Assembly: GCA_964593365.1 (NCBI GenBank)
Contig: CAZQGQ010000001.1
Location: 50,153-114,152 of the forward strand
DNA length: 64,000 nt
Reading direction: 5' to 3'
Source of the DNA: an uncultured Candidatus Saccharibacteria bacterium
Lineage (GTDB): Bacteria; Patescibacteriota; Minisyncoccia; Phycocordibacterales; Phycocordibacteraceae
This document shows positions 36,357 through 46,030 of this stretch, piece after piece. The translations under genes and the position numbers were made by a program. Positions within the stretch are counted from its first letter, which is position 1, and every line of letters starts with the position of its first letter. The notes beneath the pieces are model-generated. The model was not told the origin of the DNA. It saw only the letters and a list, made by a program, of their open reading frames with translations, and ran no database searches.

Positions 36357-37436
36357 ATGAAAACAAAGGTTATTTTCGGTTTGCTGGCGATTGTGGCAGT
36401 CGCCCTGCTTATCGGCACGTCAGACAAGGAAGCTGATTCTGAGTCAGAAATCAAGATTGGAGTGGTAACTCCTCTCACCGGAGGGGCTGCCTATTGGGGA
36501 GAATCTTCTCTCGTTGGAATCAGGCTCGCAGAGCAGGAACTCCAAGAGAAAGGGATTCCGGTCCGGGTGATTGTTGAAGATGGGGAGCTTGATCCGAAGC
36601 TTGCCCTAAGCGGTGCACAGAAGCTCGTGAATATAGATGGCATTGATGCCATGTATACCGAGTTCAATCCGGCCGTCATCGCAGTAAGCTCGTTCCTTCA
36701 AGATAAAGATCTTATCCAGATCTGCAACGCGACTCCGGTTTCCCCACTTGCTCTAAGCGAAAACTTCTTCAAAACGTACTTAGATTACGAAGAAAGCTGC
36801 GAGCAAGTGGCGAACGTCCTGCAAGGTCGTGGCCACACGAAAGTTGGGGTTCTGAAAATGAACCTCGAACACGGAGACCTGTGCTTGAAAGGAATACGAA
36901 ACGTGTTTGGCGATAACGTTGTGGTCGAAAACTACAACACTGGAATAGTTGACTTCCGGACCCCTCTTGCAAAGCTTGAAGCCTCCGGAGTCCAGGTCAT
37001 CTTCCACGCTGCGTTTCAGGCCGAGACGTTGGCATCGCTACGAAATATGCGCGAGCTTGGGATGTCGCAGCCGTTCGTCGGCCTTGCTGAGACCATGACT
37101 CCTGGTGTCGCTGAGGAGTTCGAAGACGTGCTAGAGGGGGCTGTAGTCTTTGGGCTTCCGACAGTGTCTCCTGACCTACTTGCAAGACTGAATACGGTTG
37201 CGGTCGATGAGAAGCTTGTAGACCAAAATGCGGCTGCTCTCGCGTATCTTCATATCACGCAACTTGGCGAGGCTCTTAGCGAGTGTAAAAAAGAGACAGC
37301 CTGTGTACGAGAGAAGTTGAAACAGTCCCCCGCGAATGCAGGCGTAGGATTCCAGGGTTTTACGGATCGCATTGCCGGGTTCGATACGCTCATCCAGGAA
37401 TGGAAAGATGGGCAATTTGTCCCCGTTTCTGAATAG
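36357..37436 (+). CDS. PBP1/LivJ-family substrate-binding protein. Cassette 4 SBP.
   Basis: I prefer the ATG at 36357 (MKTKVIFGLLAIVAVALLIG...IKIGVVTPLTGGAAYWGE). Confidence 0.8.
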   Translation: MKTKVIFGLLAIVAVALLIGTSDKEADSESEIKIGVVTPLTGGAAYWGESSLVGIRLAEQELQEKGIPVRVIVEDGELDPKLALSGAQKLVNIDGIDAMYTEFNPAVIAVSSFLQDKDLIQICNATPVSPLALSENFFKTYLDYEESCEQVANVLQGRGHTKVGVLKMNLEHGDLCLKGIRNVFGDNVVVENYNTGIVDFRTPLAKLEASGVQVIFHAAFQAETLASLRNMRELGMSQPFVGLAETMTPGVAEEFEDVLEGAVVFGLPTVSPDLLARLNTVAVDEKLVDQNAAALAYLHITQLGEALSECKKETACVREKLKQSPANAGVGFQGFTDRIAGFDTLIQEWKDGQFVPVSE

Positions 37437-37452
37437 GTCGCTACCAACGTTT

Positions 37453-37484
37453 ACCGCCCGTCTATACGGGCGGTTTTCGTTTAT
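37453..37484 (+). terminator. Rho-independent terminator between SBP4 and livH
   Basis: ACCGCCCGT-ctata-CGGGCGGTTTTCGTTTAT. Confidence 0.6.
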
Positions 37485-37496
37485 ACTAGGGAAAAC

Positions 37497-38372
37497 ATGG
37501 ACATCGTCCCGCAGCTTATCGTCAACAGCCTCATCGCAGGCTCTCTCTACGCGCTTGTCGCGATGAGCTTCAATCTCATCTTCGGCGCGACCAAGTTCTT
37601 CAATCTCTCGCACGGCGTCTTGGCCGCTGTAGGCGGATATACCGCCTTCTTCCTTGGAACGACGCTTGGAGCTCCGGTTTCAGTTGCGGTAGCTGGGGCA
37701 GTGATTGCTGCTGCGGCAATCGGATATGGATTCGAGTTCTTTATCTTCCGCCCGCTTCGAAAACGAAAGGCATCAAACCTCGTTCTCCTCGTTGCTTCCT
37801 TAGGAGCCTTTACCGCAGTTGAGGCCATTATTGCCATTCTCTTCACGAGCCAATTCCGAACGCTTTCCTCGCTTACCGGAACGCCAGGCGTCGTCCACCT
37901 TGGAACAGGCGTGATGACGTATGTGCAGGTAGTCATCCTTGCTTCAGCCGTAGCAATCCTAATTCTTCTCTGGCTCGTGCTCACGCGTACTTCCTTTGGA
38001 AAGGCGGTACGAGCCGTCTCTGATGATGAAGAGGTCGCAAAGATTGTTGGAATTAATACGAACAAGATCATCGGCATCGTTTTTATCGTAGGATCTGCGA
38101 TCGCAGGACTTGCTGGCGTATTCGCTGGCATGGATACGGGCATCGAGCCTCGCATGGGCTTCGTACTTCTATTGAAGGGAGTTATCGCTGCAATTGTTGG
38201 CGGCATTGGAAGCGTGTATGGCGGATTCCTGGGAGCCTTCCTTCTTGGCTTTGCCGAGAACTTCGGTATTTGGTACATCAGCGGAGAGTGGAAGGACGCG
38301 ATCGCTTTTGCGATTCTGATCATCTTCTTGCTTGTACGCCCGCAAGGAATCTTGGGTAAGAAGAAAACATAA
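37497..38372 (+). CDS. livH: Branched-chain amino acid ABC transporter permease (LivH-type)
   Basis: 291 aa, 8 TM. BPD_transp_2 pattern. Ends ...LVRPQGILGKKKT. Confidence 0.85.
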   Translation: MDIVPQLIVNSLIAGSLYALVAMSFNLIFGATKFFNLSHGVLAAVGGYTAFFLGTTLGAPVSVAVAGAVIAAAAIGYGFEFFIFRPLRKRKASNLVLLVASLGAFTAVEAIIAILFTSQFRTLSSLTGTPGVVHLGTGVMTYVQVVILASAVAILILLWLVLTRTSFGKAVRAVSDDEEVAKIVGINTNKIIGIVFIVGSAIAGLAGVFAGMDTGIEPRMGFVLLLKGVIAAIVGGIGSVYGGFLGAFLLGFAENFGIWYISGEWKDAIAFAILIIFLLVRPQGILGKKKT

Positions 38373-38375
38373 TTT

Positions 38376-39242
38376 ATGGAATATCTTATTCACCTGGCGA
38401 TCCTGTTCTCGATCTTCGCAATATTGGCTGTATCTCTCCAGCTTCTTGTCGGATACACCGGCCTTCTCTCCGTTGCCCATGCCGCTTTCTACGGTATCGG
38501 GGCATACGTAGTTGCGCTCACTCTTTCCAATACCGGGTTTGGATTTTTCCCAGCGCTTCTCATGGGAATACTCATAAGCGCGGCAGCGGCCTTCTTGATT
38601 GGTCTGGTGCTCTCGAAGTTCCGTGATGATTACTACGCGCTTGGCTCCCTAGGCTTCAACGTCATCGTATTCTCGATATTCCTTAACTGGCAGGAGGTAA
38701 CACGGGGTCCGCTAGGTATCCCGGGAATCGATCGGCCACAGCTCTTTGGTTTTGTTTTTTCAGAGAACATCGCCTTCCTTATTCTTGCTCTCGTATTTCT
38801 CCTCATTATTTATGGGATCGGGAAATTCATAACGGAGTCTTCTTTCGGGCGCGCGCTCCAGGCGATACGCGAGGACGAACAGGCGCTTTCAGTATTCGGG
38901 TACCGCACCTCATGGTTCAAGCTTGCGATCTTTGTCGTGAGCGCCGCGATGGCGTCAGTTGCAGGCGGACTCTTCGCTTCCTATATAACGTTCATTGATC
39001 CAAGCTCGTTCACGATCGTTGAGTCGATCTTCATGCTCTCCCTTATTATCCTTGGCGGACTCGGTACGCTTCGTGGAGCTATCCTTGGCGCTCTCGTGCT
39101 CATCCTCCTTCCGGAAGCGCTTCGCTTCGTTGGCTTTACGCCAGACATCGCAGCCCAGATGCGCCAAGTGATCTACGGCCTCATGCTCGTCCTTCTTATG
39201 CTGTATCGGCCGCAGGGACTGGTTGGTAAGTACAAGCTTTAG
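38376..39242 (+). CDS. livM: Branched-chain amino acid ABC transporter permease (LivM-type)
   Basis: 288 aa. GLLSVAHAAFYGIGAY...LGGLGTLRGAILGALVL. Confidence 0.85.
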   Translation: MEYLIHLAILFSIFAILAVSLQLLVGYTGLLSVAHAAFYGIGAYVVALTLSNTGFGFFPALLMGILISAAAAFLIGLVLSKFRDDYYALGSLGFNVIVFSIFLNWQEVTRGPLGIPGIDRPQLFGFVFSENIAFLILALVFLLIIYGIGKFITESSFGRALQAIREDEQALSVFGYRTSWFKLAIFVVSAAMASVAGGLFASYITFIDPSSFTIVESIFMLSLIILGGLGTLRGAILGALVLILLPEALRFVGFTPDIAAQMRQVIYGLMLVLLMLYRPQGLVGKYKL

Positions 39243-40105
39243 TTTGTCACTAGTGTTTTGATCTCTTTTCGTATAGCCTCAGCGCGCTTAACATTGCGAG
39301 TTATCGTAAGTGTTGTTTTGCCTGTTTGATTCACAATGCTTTGCATTTCTCTGGCATTAAACTCAGTAAGGTTCTTTACCCCCTCGAACATTGCCTTTAT
39401 ATCTTGGAAAATAAAGTTAGGCACTTTAGTTTCGAAGACAAAGTCTCCAATAACGGTTACGTGGAAGTTATCGCTCGGAGCGCCGTAACCTGAAAGCTTG
39501 CTGTAGAGTTTGAAGTGAAAATTGGAGGCGTTATGAAGCTGGGGTACCAGGCGATTGAGAAGGGTGTGTGAGCCGCTCGCCATATACCAGTCGATATTCA
39601 TGGGCTCAAACCCATGCGCAAGCTCAACTGAACCGTCAGAGCGAAGCACTTGAATCCAAGAATAGTAATTCTTGCTATATGCATTCTTGTCCTTGTGGTC
39701 GTTGTCTCGATAATAGTATGAGATTGTCAGGAGTGCGTGGTCCCAGAACGTATCCATCTCTGTCACACGATCAAATACATAGGCTTTGGTTTCGCCCTCC
39801 TCAAGAATGATAGTTGCCTTGGTGATTTCGTTTGAAAGATGCGTTTGCTTTACTCGATCCGTGAATTTTATGAGGTTCTGTACCCAGGCACTGTAAAGAG
39901 AAAGCGTGCCGTTGTTTTTAACTATCACGCGGTCTGCAAGAAGCTGGCGCAGGATCTTATAGAACCCTTGAAGAGTCATGCCAGAAGGGTATTTGCTGAG
40001 AAAGAACTCAAAAGCCTCCTTGCTTGTTATGCCCGGTTTACGGGACAAAATATCAAGCACTATCCCTTCAGGGGAGGGTTTTTGTTCGTAGGGGTTAGGA
40101 ATCAT
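39239..40105 (-). CDS. Divergent putative regulator occupying the regulator slot of cassette 5 (weak wHTH-like N-terminus, no clear TrmB motif)
   Basis: 288 aa. LDILSRKPGITSKEAFEFFLSKYPSGMTLQGFYKILRQLLADRVIV could be a winged helix. The C-terminal domain is unlike the other seven regulators. Confidence 0.4.
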   Translation of the reverse strand: MIPNPYEQKPSPEGIVLDILSRKPGITSKEAFEFFLSKYPSGMTLQGFYKILRQLLADRVIVKNNGTLSLYSAWVQNLIKFTDRVKQTHLSNEITKATIILEEGETKAYVFDRVTEMDTFWDHALLTISYYYRDNDHKDKNAYSKNYYSWIQVLRSDGSVELAHGFEPMNIDWYMASGSHTLLNRLVPQLHNASNFHFKLYSKLSGYGAPSDNFHVTVIGDFVFETKVPNFIFQDIKAMFEGVKNLTEFNAREMQSIVNQTGKTTLTITRNVKRAEAIRKEIKTLVTN

Positions 40106-40206
40106 AGGGAGTAAACGTTTCGTTTAGAATAGTATAATAGTTGATTAACTGTTTACTTTTGTCAACTACATCGTAGAGTGCTGCCGTACCAAATAACGGC
40201 ACACAT

Positions 40207-41301
40207 ATGCAAAACGTACGACAGTTAGTAACTCTGGTTGCGGCAGTTCTGGTTGTTCTTGGTGGTGCGTATGTGCTTTCCCAAGGCTCTTCAAGCTCTA
40301 GTGATACCGTGAAGATTGGGTTCATTGGTCCACTTACCGGATCGATGGCGAGCATTGGTGAATCAAGTCTTGCGGGCGCCATGCTCGCCGTAAAGGAGAT
40401 AAATGATAAAGGAGGTCTTCTTGGGAAAGAGGTTGAGCTTATCGTTGAAGACGACAAATGCTCTGCTGACGGAGCAACGGCGATTAGTAAACTTATTAAC
40501 GTAGATAAAGTAGTCGCTATCTCCGGCCCTGATTGTGGAGCCTCAGGCTCTGCGGCGCTTCCTATAGCAGAAGAAAAGCAAACTCCGGTTGTCATTCGTT
40601 GGGCATCCGCTCCTCCTCTTGCGAAGATAGGAGAGTATATTTTCCGTATCTATCCTTCAGATGCGTTTCAGGGGAGGTTTGTCGCTGATTACATCTTCAA
40701 CGAGCGAAAGGAACGGAAAGTAGCTGTTCTCTACGTCAAAAACGTATGGGGTCAGGGCATTACCGAAGTGTTTGTCGAACGGTTTAAAGAGCTTGGGGGC
40801 GAAGTAGTGTTTGAGGAAGGGGTGCTTGAAGACACTCGGGATCTTAAGACTCAGTTGAACTTGATACAGAATTCAGGCGCAGACATTCTCTTTGCGCCGC
40901 TCTACGCACCAAACGGGGTTATCGCACTTCGACAGATGAAGGAGCTTGGGTTCAAGATCCCCGTTGTCGGAGGAGACGTATTTGAAAGTGCTGAAGTTCA
41001 GGAGGCTCCTGGCGCAACTGGCGTTCTATTCTCAGCTGCGATCATCACAAACCCAGGAGACTTCCAAGCGCGTGTAGCGAAAGAGGTAGGGCGCGACGGG
41101 AGTCGAGTGACTGCGCCACTGGGGTACGACTCGGTCATGGTTATCGCTCAGGCAATTGAGCGCGCTGGCTCTCTGGATCGAGAAGGGATTCGAGATGCCC
41201 TTCAAGAAACGTCATACGCAGGAGTTGCGTTCCCCATGATTGAATTCGATCAAGACGGAGACCTGCTTGAGGCACGGTACGAAATTAAAAAGATCCACTA
41301 A
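40207..41301 (+). CDS. PBP1/LivJ-family substrate-binding protein. Cassette 5 SBP.
   Basis: MQNVRQLVTLVAAVLVVLGGAYVL...VKIGFIGPLTGSMASIGESS...GGLLGKEVELIVEDDKC. Confidence 0.8.
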   Translation: MQNVRQLVTLVAAVLVVLGGAYVLSQGSSSSSDTVKIGFIGPLTGSMASIGESSLAGAMLAVKEINDKGGLLGKEVELIVEDDKCSADGATAISKLINVDKVVAISGPDCGASGSAALPIAEEKQTPVVIRWASAPPLAKIGEYIFRIYPSDAFQGRFVADYIFNERKERKVAVLYVKNVWGQGITEVFVERFKELGGEVVFEEGVLEDTRDLKTQLNLIQNSGADILFAPLYAPNGVIALRQMKELGFKIPVVGGDVFESAEVQEAPGATGVLFSAAIITNPGDFQARVAKEVGRDGSRVTAPLGYDSVMVIAQAIERAGSLDREGIRDALQETSYAGVAFPMIEFDQDGDLLEARYEIKKIH

Positions 41302-41305
41302 AAGA

Positions 41306-42082
41306 TTAATCTTTCACGATTAATGTTGATACATCCCACACTAACTCAAACTGGGACCGTAGAAAGTCCGCAAAGTCCTTACTTCGAACTACGAACCCGT
41401 ATGCTTCGCGTTTGGAGGAAATAAAGGCTGCGGTGTGGCCAGAGAGCCAATACCCCATACTAAGCGTCTTCATGTTCTTGGGGGCCATACGGACTTCCCG
41501 CATCGACTCATTACCAACTTTCGGATTGAACTGTCGGTTTAAATTATCTAAATCGTCAGTGTACGACCATATACCCCGTACATATATTTTATTCTTTATT
41601 CGCTTCTCAACGATGTCGACCATATTCTCTGCGCCAAGAAGATTAACCACGTCTTCGATGGACCACATAGCGATACTATCGGTGTCGCCGGAATAAACAA
41701 TCTGATTCAGTGCTTGCTTTACACCTTCCTTTCCCGAATAGAACTTGAATTTGGGATCAACGGATTCGAACTGCTGCATCAAGGCAGGGATTTCAAGCGC
41801 GACCCGATCTCGCTCTTCTGCCAAGTGTTCAATCTTGTCATTAAGAAGGCGGGTGAGTTGCTTAGGATCGTCTACCTGATAAAGGTTCTTTGTTCCTTCA
41901 AATCGTTCGACAACCAGTCCCCGGTTTATTAACGCCTTGAGATAGTCGTAGGTGGATTGTCTATTTATCTCTAAACGTTCCGCAATTTGTTTGGCCGATG
42001 AAGGCCCATATTCCAGTAGGGAGGCGAACACCTGATGACTTGCCTCAGAAAGGCCTAGTTCCTCAAATGTCTGTTTAAGCAT
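41306..42082 (-). CDS. TrmB/MarR-like wHTH regulator. Cassette 6 regulator.
   Basis: FEELGLSEASHQVFASLLEYGPSSAKQIAERLEINRQSTYDYLKALINRGLV; FYSGKEGVKQALNQIV. Confidence 0.7.
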   Translation of the reverse strand: MLKQTFEELGLSEASHQVFASLLEYGPSSAKQIAERLEINRQSTYDYLKALINRGLVVERFEGTKNLYQVDDPKQLTRLLNDKIEHLAEERDRVALEIPALMQQFESVDPKFKFYSGKEGVKQALNQIVYSGDTDSIAMWSIEDVVNLLGAENMVDIVEKRIKNKIYVRGIWSYTDDLDNLNRQFNPKVGNESMREVRMAPKNMKTLSMGYWLSGHTAAFISSKREAYGFVVRSKDFADFLRSQFELVWDVSTLIVKD

Positions 42083-42101
42083 GTAGATACTATATGCCTC
42101 A

Positions 42102-42124
42102 GTTGTCGAGTTGTCGACGACACA
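42102..42124. promoter_or_regulatory. Putative operator: tandem GTTGTCGA GTTGTCGACGACA (contains a GTCGAC palindrome)
   Basis: Lies in the 80 bp divergent intergenic region between regulator 6 and SBP6. Confidence 0.4.
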
Positions 42125-42161
42125 TTTACATCAGGACGTATTTGGAATAAAGTCAAGGGCA

Positions 42162-43298
42162 ATGAAAAACATATTCTGGATTGGAGCGGCAGCTGTCCTC
42201 CTTGGGATCATTACTATCTTTAGCATTTCAGGCCCTAAGCCTGCTTCCGGAGAACCGATAAAAATTGGAATCTCAACCATGCTGAGCGGAGACTACGCTG
42301 CACTGGGGGACAATATTGTAAAAACAGCAGAATTGGCTGTTGCTGAAGTTAACGTCAAAGGAGGTATTAATGGAAGGCCACTGGAGCTTGTAGTTCAGGA
42401 TGCAGGCCTTGATAGTAAGACCGGTCTTGCGGCAGCACAAAAACTTATTAACGTTGACGGCGTTAAATATATTATTGGCGGTACATCCAGTAACGGTACG
42501 CTTGCTGCAGCTCCATTGGCAAATGAGCACAAGGTTATTTATATGACCCCCGTTACAGGCGGAGCAAATGTGGACTCTGCTGGCGAATATATCTTCCGCG
42601 TTGCAAATGGTGACCTCCTTGCTGGTAAGCAGCTTGCAGAAGCAGCAGTGAAGCTCGGGTACAAGAACGTTGCAGTTGTAGCTGAAGTTACTGAATACAC
42701 TCTCGACATCAAGAAGAGTTTCGAAGAAGCGATTAAAGACCAAGGAGCAGTAGTTGTTGCATCTGAGGAGTTTCAGCCAGGGACGACCGACTTCAGAACT
42801 ATTATTGCGAAAGTGAAAACGCAAAACCCTGAAGCCATTCTTATCGTCTCTCAAACGGGAGTGGGCGGGGCAAACTTCGTAAAACAATCTCGAGAAGCGG
42901 GTATAGAAGCACCCCTCTTCTCAGACTTTAACTTTGTAGCAAATACGAGCGCCAAAGAAATAGTTGGATCGTTTGAGGGAATTTATTTTGCTGACCCTGC
43001 GTATGGAGCAGACGCAGGAGAAACAAAAGCGTTCTTTGAGAGATACGAAATAGCATATGGTTCTCAACCCTTTATTCCTTTTCACTCAGCATCTACATAT
43101 GACTCGGTCATGATGGTTGCTGACGCCCTTAAGGCTGTGGGAGATGACAGCATAAAAGTGCACGACTGGCTTCTGGGTGAAGTACAGAACCGCAAAGGAC
43201 TTATGGGGACATTCTCTATTGATCAGCAAGGAAACTCAGATTTAGGCTTTGTTATTAAGGTTATACGAGATGGGAAACCGGAGGTGGTTTTCAATTAA
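42162..43298 (+). CDS. PBP1/LivJ-family substrate-binding protein. Cassette 6 SBP.
   Basis: I prefer the ATG at 42162 (MKNIFWIGAAAVLLGIITIF...IKIGISTMLSGDYAALGD). Confidence 0.8.
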   Translation: MKNIFWIGAAAVLLGIITIFSISGPKPASGEPIKIGISTMLSGDYAALGDNIVKTAELAVAEVNVKGGINGRPLELVVQDAGLDSKTGLAAAQKLINVDGVKYIIGGTSSNGTLAAAPLANEHKVIYMTPVTGGANVDSAGEYIFRVANGDLLAGKQLAEAAVKLGYKNVAVVAEVTEYTLDIKKSFEEAIKDQGAVVVASEEFQPGTTDFRTIIAKVKTQNPEAILIVSQTGVGGANFVKQSREAGIEAPLFSDFNFVANTSAKEIVGSFEGIYFADPAYGADAGETKAFFERYEIAYGSQPFIPFHSASTYDSVMMVADALKAVGDDSIKVHDWLLGEVQNRKGLMGTFSIDQQGNSDLGFVIKVIRDGKPEVVFN

Positions 43299-43317
43299 AA
43301 TACGCTACACTATTCGA

Positions 43318-44049
43318 GTGAACACACTCGAGACCAAAGACCTCGCAAAAGTATTCGGCGGCGTGAAAGCTGTTAACGGTCTTTCTGTCTCCATTCCAAA
43401 GGGAAAGATTACGGGTGTCATTGGTCCAAATGGATCAGGTAAAACGACGCTTACGAACGTTCTCACAGGAATCTATCCTATAGATGGAGGTGTCGTTGTT
43501 ATCGAAGGCAAGGAACGCTCAAAGATAAAATCGCATGAGGTGTTTTCACTTGGCCTCACGCGCACCTTCCAAAACGTACGGGTGTTTGAGCAGGTAAGCG
43601 TGCTTGATAACGTGCTTATCGCACTCACGCGTCGCAACATCCTAGGCTCTTTGTTTGAGCGCGCTAATGGAGAACACGCAAAGAAAGCACAAGAAGTACT
43701 TGAGCGTGTAGGGCTCTGGGATAAGCGAGAGGCAAACGCCTCAGAACTTTCATACGGACAAAGAAAGCTTCTTGAGATTGCTCGCGCGCTTGCAACTGGC
43801 ACAAACACTATTCTTTTTGACGAACCATACGCAGGACTGTTCCCTGAGATGGTGAAGCTTGTCTCAAGCATCATGCGAGATCTCCGAAGCGAAGGGAAAA
43901 CCATCGTGCTTATCGAACACGACATGGCGCTTATTCGGGAACTCTGCGACTACGTTATCGTCATGGATGCAGGAAAACTTCTCGCGCACGGAACCGCAGA
44001 AGAAGCGCTTTCCAATAAGGCAGTTATTGAGGCGTACTTGGGCGTGTAG
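43318..44049 (+). CDS. livG: ABC transporter ATP-binding protein (LivG-type)
   Basis: LETKDLAKVFGGVKAV...GPNGSGKTT...LSYGQRKLLEIARAL...ILFDEP...EAYLGV. The TTG-initiated track ORF (43249) overlaps the SBP by 50 nt out of frame. The GTG at 43318 is a more plausible start. Confidence 0.8.
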   Translation: MNTLETKDLAKVFGGVKAVNGLSVSIPKGKITGVIGPNGSGKTTLTNVLTGIYPIDGGVVVIEGKERSKIKSHEVFSLGLTRTFQNVRVFEQVSVLDNVLIALTRRNILGSLFERANGEHAKKAQEVLERVGLWDKREANASELSYGQRKLLEIARALATGTNTILFDEPYAGLFPEMVKLVSSIMRDLRSEGKTIVLIEHDMALIRELCDYVIVMDAGKLLAHGTAEEALSNKAVIEAYLGV

Positions 44050-44050
44050 G

Positions 44051-45160
44051 CTATCTGTCGATAGATACGAAGGCTCCGTTTCGGATTACCTTGAATGAGG
44101 TTGGTTTATAGGCTGTTCCGTCTGTCTCGATACTTATGGAGCCACTGACGCCATCATAGTTTTTTACTGAGTGAAAGAATTCAAGCATGCAGTCGGTTTC
44201 ATCTGCGCAGCGGTCATAGGCAGCCGACTCAAGCATGAGTCCGTCATAGGCGTTTCGAGCAAAGACGTCGGCTTCTTGGCCAAATCGTTCTTTGTAGCGA
44301 CGATTAAAGTCGAGCACATCCTCACTTGGAGGAAGCGGTTCGTCAGAAGAGATGTAAAACCCCTCTGCGGAAGCTCCTGCAATTTCAATGACACTAGGAT
44401 CCTCGTTCTGGGAGTTCCCTAGTATACGAGCCTCTATTCCAAGCTCGTCTGCTTGTTTTAGAAGATTGCCCAGAGGTTTCGCTAGTTGCACAACGAATAT
44501 GACATCTGGGTTCTTTTCCTTAATTTTTGTAAGCTCAGTCCGAAAGTCTGACGCGTCTATGAGCGTGACTTGTTCAAGCAGGACTTCACCGCCGCGCTCT
44601 TCGAATGCCGTCGAGAAGTGCTTGCGGTAGTCTTCGCCAAGCGGGGTGTTGTAGTAGAGGATTGCTGCTGTCTTTGCGCGCAGTGTATTTGCAGCAAACG
44701 TTCCAAGTTCAGTTGCTTTGAGTTTGATGGATGTGTTGGTCGAGACTACGTATGTATGACCAAGAACTGAATCCGGATTGGGAGCCAGGTTTACACCGAT
44801 TAGCTGATGCTTTTCTAGGAGATCAATGACTGGTACAAAGCCTGCTACGCAAAATGACCCGCCTAGTAGAGTGATGCGGTCACTTTCGATAAGTTTCGTA
44901 ATTGCAGAAAGGGCATCTTTAGGTTGGCACGCATCTTCGTAGATGACCTCGACTATAGAGCCCCGAGCAGCCAAGTCTTCTTTTGCAAGTTCAAAGCCAT
45001 TGCGTACTCGTTCTCCCAGCACGGCAAAGTTGCCTGACAGGGGAATCAAAACACCAACACGCAGCCCTTCCTTCTTTGGCCCTTGGGAAAGCTGAAAACC
45101 AAGGATCACGGCGGCAAGGATAATCACAACCGCACCGACTACCAGATGGCTCTTATTCAT
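44051..45160 (-). CDS. PBP1/LivJ-family substrate-binding protein. Cassette 7 SBP.
   Basis: MNKSHLVVGAVVIILAAVILG...LRVGVLIPLSGNFAVLGE. Confidence 0.8.
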   Translation of the reverse strand: MNKSHLVVGAVVIILAAVILGFQLSQGPKKEGLRVGVLIPLSGNFAVLGERVRNGFELAKEDLAARGSIVEVIYEDACQPKDALSAITKLIESDRITLLGGSFCVAGFVPVIDLLEKHQLIGVNLAPNPDSVLGHTYVVSTNTSIKLKATELGTFAANTLRAKTAAILYYNTPLGEDYRKHFSTAFEERGGEVLLEQVTLIDASDFRTELTKIKEKNPDVIFVVQLAKPLGNLLKQADELGIEARILGNSQNEDPSVIEIAGASAEGFYISSDEPLPPSEDVLDFNRRYKERFGQEADVFARNAYDGLMLESAAYDRCADETDCMLEFFHSVKNYDGVSGSISIETDGTAYKPTSFKVIRNGAFVSIDR

Positions 45161-45173
45161 GGTTTCTGCAAGT

Positions 45174-45187
45174 TATTGACAACGTGC
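45174..45187. promoter_or_regulatory. TTATTGACAACGTG motif (TTGACAAC half-site shared with other cassettes)
   Basis: Lies in the divergent intergenic region between SBP7 and regulator 7. Confidence 0.3.
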
Positions 45188-45271
45188 AGAGGTTAGGATG
45201 TATACTACGAGTGGCCAATATCACCGCGTGGTGGCACACACCACCAACATAAGAAACACCATATAAACTCT

Positions 45272-46018
45272 ATGTATAGTGAAATCCTCTCGAAACTAGA
45301 CTTATCGAAGAATGAGTCCAAGATTTATGAAACTCTCCTTGAGGAAGGAGAGTCATCGGTAGGATTCATTGCTACCAAATCGAAGATAAACAGGAGAAAC
45401 GTATACGACTCCATGAATCGTCTTGTAGAAAAAGGGCTCGTCTTTGAAATATTCCAGAAGAACGAGAATCAATATAAAGCTGTGGGTCCGCACAAGCTTC
45501 TAGACCTCCTCAAGGAAAAAGAATCGGCGCTCATGTCGATCATGCCGAATTTAGAAAAGCTCTACAATGGTGTTGCGCACGAAGAAGATGTTTACTTATA
45601 CAAAGGTATTGAGGGTTGGAAGAATTTTATGCGCGATATTCTTCGGATTAACGAGGATGTATATATCATTGGAGGGAAAGGGGCTTGGGCTGATCCCAAA
45701 CTTGATGGCTTTCGAGAGGACTTTCTTAAAGAGGCAAAGAAGCAGGGTATAGAGATACATGTCCTCTATGATCCCGAGATTCAAGAAAAGAATCATCCGA
45801 TTCTTTCGCTCCTCAACAGCACACACCGCTTTTTGCCGAAAGGACTGTCTTCAGCTGGAGCAGTGACGGTCTTCGGTAATCAAGTTGTTATGCAGTCGGC
45901 TATCAAGGTGGGGCAAATACAAGAAAACGTCACTTCAACCGTTCTTATCAATGAACCCATTGCCGAGATGTTTCGTATCTGGTTCAAGCTCATGTGGGAG
46001 GCTAGCGAGAAACCATAA
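45272..46018 (+). CDS. TrmB/MarR-like wHTH regulator. Cassette 7 regulator.
   Basis: MYSEILSKLDLSKNESKIYETLLEEGESSVGFIATKSKINRRNVYDSMNRLVEKGLV; YLYKGIEGWKNFMRDIL. Confidence 0.7.
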   Translation: MYSEILSKLDLSKNESKIYETLLEEGESSVGFIATKSKINRRNVYDSMNRLVEKGLVFEIFQKNENQYKAVGPHKLLDLLKEKESALMSIMPNLEKLYNGVAHEEDVYLYKGIEGWKNFMRDILRINEDVYIIGGKGAWADPKLDGFREDFLKEAKKQGIEIHVLYDPEIQEKNHPILSLLNSTHRFLPKGLSSAGAVTVFGNQVVMQSAIKVGQIQENVTSTVLINEPIAEMFRIWFKLMWEASEKP

Positions 46019-46030
46019 AAGGTTATTTCC

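Noticed and set aside
43249-43317. TTG-initiated 5' extension of livG overlapping the SBP6 gene by 50 nt out of frame
   Set aside because: LivG family N-termini begin near the LETKDLAKVFGG segment. The GTG at 43318 gives a conventional start just after the SBP stop.
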